Positions 16,119 to 19,753 of a DNA stretch of 19,753 bases are shown here, in pieces. Numbering within the stretch: position 1 is the stretch's first letter; each line of letters begins with the position of its first letter. The notes below the pieces were generated by a model. That model was given only the letters and a program-made list of their open reading frames with translations, made no database searches and was not told the DNA's origin. The position numbers were made by a program, and so were the translations under genes. Origin of the DNA: Fibrobacterota bacterium (GTDB taxonomy: Bacteria > Fibrobacterota > Fibrobacteria > UBA11236); assembly GCA_043753995.1 (NCBI GenBank), contig JAYUVP010000245.1, forward strand, positions 1-19,753. The letters are read 5' to 3'.

Positions 16119-17387
16119 ATGAAACAAGTCCTGAGGTTTTTCACGCCCGTGTGGATCTTCGCGTGTGCGCTTGGCTCTTCCGAGGCGCGCAAGCTTCAAG
16201 TGGGGCCTGATAAAACATATACCATGCCCATGCAAGTAGCCTCCGTGGCGCAGGATGGCGACACGGTGGAAATAGCTGCCGGAACTTATAAGGGAGAGAC
16301 AGCGACCTGGCGGGCGAATAACCTTGTGTTGCGTGGCACCGCAACCTTTGCCCGGCTCGTGGCCCCAGCCGTCATTCCCAATCAAAAAGCAATCTGGGTC
16401 ATTCAAGGGCGCAATACTACCGTGGAAAATATTGAATTCACCGGCGCCAAGGTTCCTGACGAAAACGGTGCGGGCATGCGCCAAGATGGCGAGGGTCTAA
16501 CGGTGCGCCGCTGCTATTTCCACGGCAATGAAAACGGCATCCTGGGTGGGGGCGGGGCGAATAGCATGGTAGTCGTCGAGTATTCCGAATTCGCGGATAA
16601 TGGTTTCGGTGATGGTTACAGCCACAACATGTATATCTCCAATATCGCCAGCTTTACCTTGCGCTATTGCAATAGCCATCACGCCAAGGTCGGCCATTTG
16701 GTGAAGACGCGTGCGCGGTCCAATCACATCCTGTACAATCGCCTTATGGACGAGGCGAGCGGAAATTCCAGCTATCAAATCGACATCCCCGACGCGGGCA
16801 CGTCCTATGTCATCGGCAATGTCATCCAGCAAGGCCCCATGCAGGACAATTCCACCTTGATTTCCTTTGGGGCGGAAAGCCAAACCAATGGGGGCACGGA
16901 TCTGTACGTGGCCAGCAATACCTTAGTCAATGATCACGCCTCGGGGATATTCATCCGAGCTGCCGCCGGCACCACCGTTCGACTGGTGAACAACCTTTTC
17001 GTGGGGCCGGGCACGGTTCTAAACGGCGCGGGAGATACGGCGGGAAACTTGAATTCGTCCAACCCTGGTTTCGTGAATCGCGCGGGCTATGATTACCATC
17101 TCACTGCAGGCTCCCCGGCTTTGAATAGGGGGGTGAATCCCGGATCGGCAAACGACATCCCCCTGGTTCCCCTATTCCAGTATGCCGGAAATGCCTCGGC
17201 TATTTCCCGAACCTCGGTGGGACCAATGGACGTGGGCGCCTTTGAATACGGCCTGAGCAGTGCCGTACCCTATATGTTACGAAGACATCCACGAGACTTG
17301 CTTGCGCCTATTAGGTTCGACGTCATGGGAAGACCAAAACGAGAACGATACCGGAGCACGATTGTCCCACTCTCCCATGCAATGTGA
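16119..17387 (+). CDS. Secreted right-handed parallel beta-helix protein
   Basis: GAGG RBS before ATG 16119 (alternative ATGA-overlap start at 16101); signal peptide ending SEA; DGDTVEIAAGTY, VENIEFTGAKVPDENGAG, FHGNENGIL, SHNMY, GHLVKTRA, DYHL..GSPA, DVGAFEY; tail FDVMGR. Confidence 0.85.
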   Translation: MKQVLRFFTPVWIFACALGSSEARKLQVGPDKTYTMPMQVASVAQDGDTVEIAAGTYKGETATWRANNLVLRGTATFARLVAPAVIPNQKAIWVIQGRNTTVENIEFTGAKVPDENGAGMRQDGEGLTVRRCYFHGNENGILGGGGANSMVVVEYSEFADNGFGDGYSHNMYISNIASFTLRYCNSHHAKVGHLVKTRARSNHILYNRLMDEASGNSSYQIDIPDAGTSYVIGNVIQQGPMQDNSTLISFGAESQTNGGTDLYVASNTLVNDHASGIFIRAAAGTTVRLVNNLFVGPGTVLNGAGDTAGNLNSSNPGFVNRAGYDYHLTAGSPALNRGVNPGSANDIPLVPLFQYAGNASAISRTSVGPMDVGAFEYGLSSAVPYMLRRHPRDLLAPIRFDVMGRPKRERYRSTIVPLSHAM

Positions 17388-17658
17388 TGAATACCCAAAT
17401 CAAAGCGATATCAGAAAGACTGGAGTAGCGGAATTCGAACGACAATTCCGTCTATGCCTTTTCACTCAAAAGAGGGCTCCTCGATACCAAACGGAGAATT
17501 CTCATTTTCTCTTCGTGGGATTTTTTGGAATCAGCTGCTCCAAGAAATCCATGTCCTCCGTGAGAGATGCGAAGGATGGAACGACTTTCGCCTTGGACTC
17601 GCGCACACCTCGGTTATAGAAAAAAGGACAGATCTCACGCTCAATGAAATCGAGCAAA

Positions 17659-17760
17659 GGGGCGGGTGGCTGACGTTTCCGTCATCCGCCGAGGCTCGCG
17701 GTCCTCACTCGTTTCACTCGCTGCGGAGCGAACCCCTTCGGAGACGTCCACCGCCACCCT
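17659..17760. repeat. Long imperfect palindrome; inverted, diverged copy of 18027-18142
   Basis: aggctcgcggtcctc (17692-17706) = reverse complement of 18098-18112; ctgcggagcga (17721-17731) = reverse complement of 18055-18065; caccgccaccc (17749-17759) = reverse complement of 18027-18037. Internal arms gggtggc/gccaccc and gacgt/acgtc. Confidence 0.75.
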
Positions 17761-17869
17761 TGGCGCACGACGATATCCTCTGGAGTCTATTCGGCTATTC
17801 TTTGATACCCGCGAACAGGAAGGCGCACAGCGCCGACCACCTTCGCGCCCGCAGGGAAATCAAATCATC

Positions 17870-18142
17870 CATGGGGAGTCACAGGGGCGTTACGGGGGCC
17901 AGGCCCCCGTAGAGAGGGCAGGGAGAGCCCCCGCAGTCGCTGTGTTTCTCTCCAGGGAAATACCCCGCGGCCCCTAGCGCATGGAGAGGATTTGCACGTG
18001 GGCCGTGCCTCCACGGATTTGCGGAGGGGTGGCGGTGAGCTCCTGAAAAAAGGCTCGCTCCGCAGGCCGATCGCTTCGAAGCATTTCCCTGGGGGCCGAG
18101 GACCGCGAGCCTTTTTTCAGGCCGAACATCAGCCCCCCGTCC
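17870..18142. repeat. Composite GC-rich palindromic intergenic repeat (REP/REPIN- or MITE-like)
   Basis: Hairpin acgggggcc-a-ggcccccgt (17892-17910); perfect 17-bp inverted repeat cctgaaaaaaggctcgc (18042-18058) / gcgagccttttttcagg (18105-18121); both ends recur at 6551-6625. Confidence 0.75.
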
Positions 18143-18186
18143 AAACACCGACGAGGAGGCTCGACCGCGGGAGAAACCTCTCCCGC

Positions 18187-19753
18187 TTAAAATTTGAACT
18201 GCGAGACGATAGCGCTCATTTCCTTGGCCATGGTTTCGAGCTGAGAAACGCTATTGCTGGTGGTGCGGGCACCCGTGACCGTTCCCTCAGCCAAATGCAC
18301 GACGCGGCCAAAATTCTGGGAGACTTCGCCCACCCAGGTGGTGGTGGAATTGAGATTGTCCCCCATGGCTTGACCCGTGCGATTGACCTCGGAAAGACTG
18401 CCATTGACTTCATTGACCGTCGCCGATTGTTCCTCAACAGCCGCCGCGATGACGGTAGCGATTTGATTGACCTCGGAAATGATGGCGGCAATTTCCTCAA
18501 TCGAGGCGGAGGAATCTCGCGTATTACCCCGGATAAGATCGACTATTTTCGCGATTTCCTTGGTGGCCTGGGCGGTTTGATGGCTGAGGTCCTTGACCTC
18601 GTGGGCTACCACGACAAAACCTTTGCCTGCTTCGCCAACGCGGGCGGCTTCAATCGTGGCATTGAGCGCGAGAAGATTGGTTCGCTTGGCGATATTGCCG
18701 ATGACTTCGAGGACTTTTCCGACCTCTTCGGCTGCTTTCTCGAGATTGCGCATTTGGGATTGCGCATTCTTGGCCTTGCGATTTGCCTCCTCGGCAATGC
18801 TACTCTCTTTCTGGCAATTGCCGGACACTTCGGTGAGGCTACTATTTATTTGCGATAGCGATGTGCTAATGGTATCGACACTATGAAAAATGCCCTCAAC
18901 GCCCTGACTTACGCTATTCATTTTTCCTGCGGCCTCGCTGGCGGTTGAATTCACCGCTTCGGCGTCCTTGGCCATTTTCTCGCTGTCCGCGCTCATGGCG
19001 GCACTGCTGGCGGCGAGTTGCTGAGCCGAACCCGTAAGCGCTTGGGTTTGCAGCGATACCTGTTTCATGACGCCTTGTAGCTTGGAAAGCACTTCGTCGA
19101 ACAATCGCGCCATGATCCCCATTTCATTGCCTGAAGTGAGGCCGATGCGCTGGGTGAGGTCACCACGCCCTTGGGCAATATCCCTCAAGCGATCGCTCAC
19201 CGTAGCCAGGGGACGCAAGACTATCACCTTGAGGGCGCCGAAAAGCACCAAAGCGATGAGGCCGTTGAGCACCAAGGCGAAGACGACGCAGAGCAAAATA
19301 AAATGACGTATTTGCGACTTCATCTCGGCGGATTTAGCCACCGACGCCTCGTGTATGAATCGATCTGTAAGACCCAGTTTCACCGTCGCTATGGCCGGCG
19401 CCCCACTGAAGGCTATGGGTTTCTCAAAGGTGGGCAAGCTGTCGGTGATGAGCGAGGTATCGGCCTTTCGATTAAGCACCACCGCGCCGTCGATTTTTTT
19501 AACCTCCATCCAAACGACTTCGCGGTCGGTGAAAAGTTGTTCGGCATAGGAGTTTAAAGTGAAATCATCTCCGGTCACCACGGGTTGAAAAGAAATGCTG
19601 CCCAAAAATCCCGCCAACAATTCCCCTTTTTTTTTCAGATTATCATGAAGCAAGACCACTTCCGCTTCATTTGTCGTGGCCATTTGCTTTTGCATGACTC
19701 GCACCAAGGCAACACAAGCCAAGGCGATAATGAGACAGAGCGAACCGGCAGCC
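18187..19753 (-). CDS. Methyl-accepting chemotaxis protein (TM1-sensor-TM2-HAMP-signalling); 5' end beyond right edge
   Basis: The frame stays open to the window edge ([16 protein letters not shown] = TM1). TM2 [53 protein letters not shown]; hairpin tip [37 protein letters not shown]; ends VSQFKF. Confidence 0.95.
   Translation of the reverse strand, partial: AAGSLCLIIALACVALVRVMQKQMATTNEAEVVLLHDNLKKKGELLAGFLGSISFQPVVTGDDFTLNSYAEQLFTDREVVWMEVKKIDGAVVLNRKADTSLITDSLPTFEKPIAFSGAPAIATVKLGLTDRFIHEASVAKSAEMKSQIRHFILLCVVFALVLNGLIALVLFGALKVIVLRPLATVSDRLRDIAQGRGDLTQRIGLTSGNEMGIMARLFDEVLSKLQGVMKQVSLQTQALTGSAQQLAASSAAMSADSEKMAKDAEAVNSTASEAAGKMNSVSQGVEGIFHSVDTISTSLSQINSSLTEVSGNCQKESSIAEEANRKAKNAQSQMRNLEKAAEEVGKVLEVIGNIAKRTNLLALNATIEAARVGEAGKGFVVVAHEVKDLSHQTAQATKEIAKIVDLIRGNTRDSSASIEEIAAIISEVNQIATVIAAAVEEQSATVNEVNGSLSEVNRTGQAMGDNLNSTTTWVGEVSQNFGRVVHLAEGTVTGARTTSNSVSQLETMAKEMSAIVSQFKF

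Noticed and set aside
17421..17440. Minus-strand GTTCGAATTCCGCTACTCCA resembling a tRNA/tmRNA 3' end (att site)
   Set aside because: The T-stem 5' arm does not pair properly, there is no cloverleaf and no integrase nearby; better explained as part of a small hairpin (cggaatt..aattccg) or chance.
17454..17977. 152-aa and 103-aa plus-strand ORFs
   Set aside because: They run through palindromic repeats, lack an RBS and motifs, and have composition typical of translated repeat DNA.
17659..18142. CRISPR array or complete IS element
   Set aside because: No regularly spaced identical direct repeats with unique spacers, no cas or transposase gene, and no evident target-site duplication.
17992..18858. 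288-aa plus-strand ORF
   Set aside because: Antisense to the MCP signalling domain, a common shadow ORF.

Overview
Bacterial chromosomal window, probably Fibrobacterota (inferred from a TIGR02147-type gene followed by an 'AGGSEIGNP' lipoprotein, and short basic [DN]xxG[RK] tails on secreted proteins). It has four blocks. (1) A minus-strand cluster (6296 to <1): ECF sigma factor, DyP heme peroxidase with a ~215-aa helical insertion, 113-aa protein ending in Trp, 370-aa unknown protein (possibly ABBA/prenyltransferase fold), and a pseudokinase-AAA/STAND ATPase fusion that runs off the left edge and is missing from the ORF track. (2) A divergent PhcB-like SAM methyltransferase. (3) A tightly coupled plus-strand operon (7749-17387): TIGR02147 protein, beta-helix lipoprotein, three paralogous beta-propellers, a YetA/PcRGLX(PL26)-like protein and a second beta-helix protein, plausibly a secreted glycan-degrading locus. 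(4) A cluster of palindromic REP-like repeats (with a deleted copy at 6.55 kb) and a partial methyl-accepting chemotaxis protein at the right edge. The best candidate for an undescribed system is block 1. All family calls come from motif recognition by eye; no searches were run.
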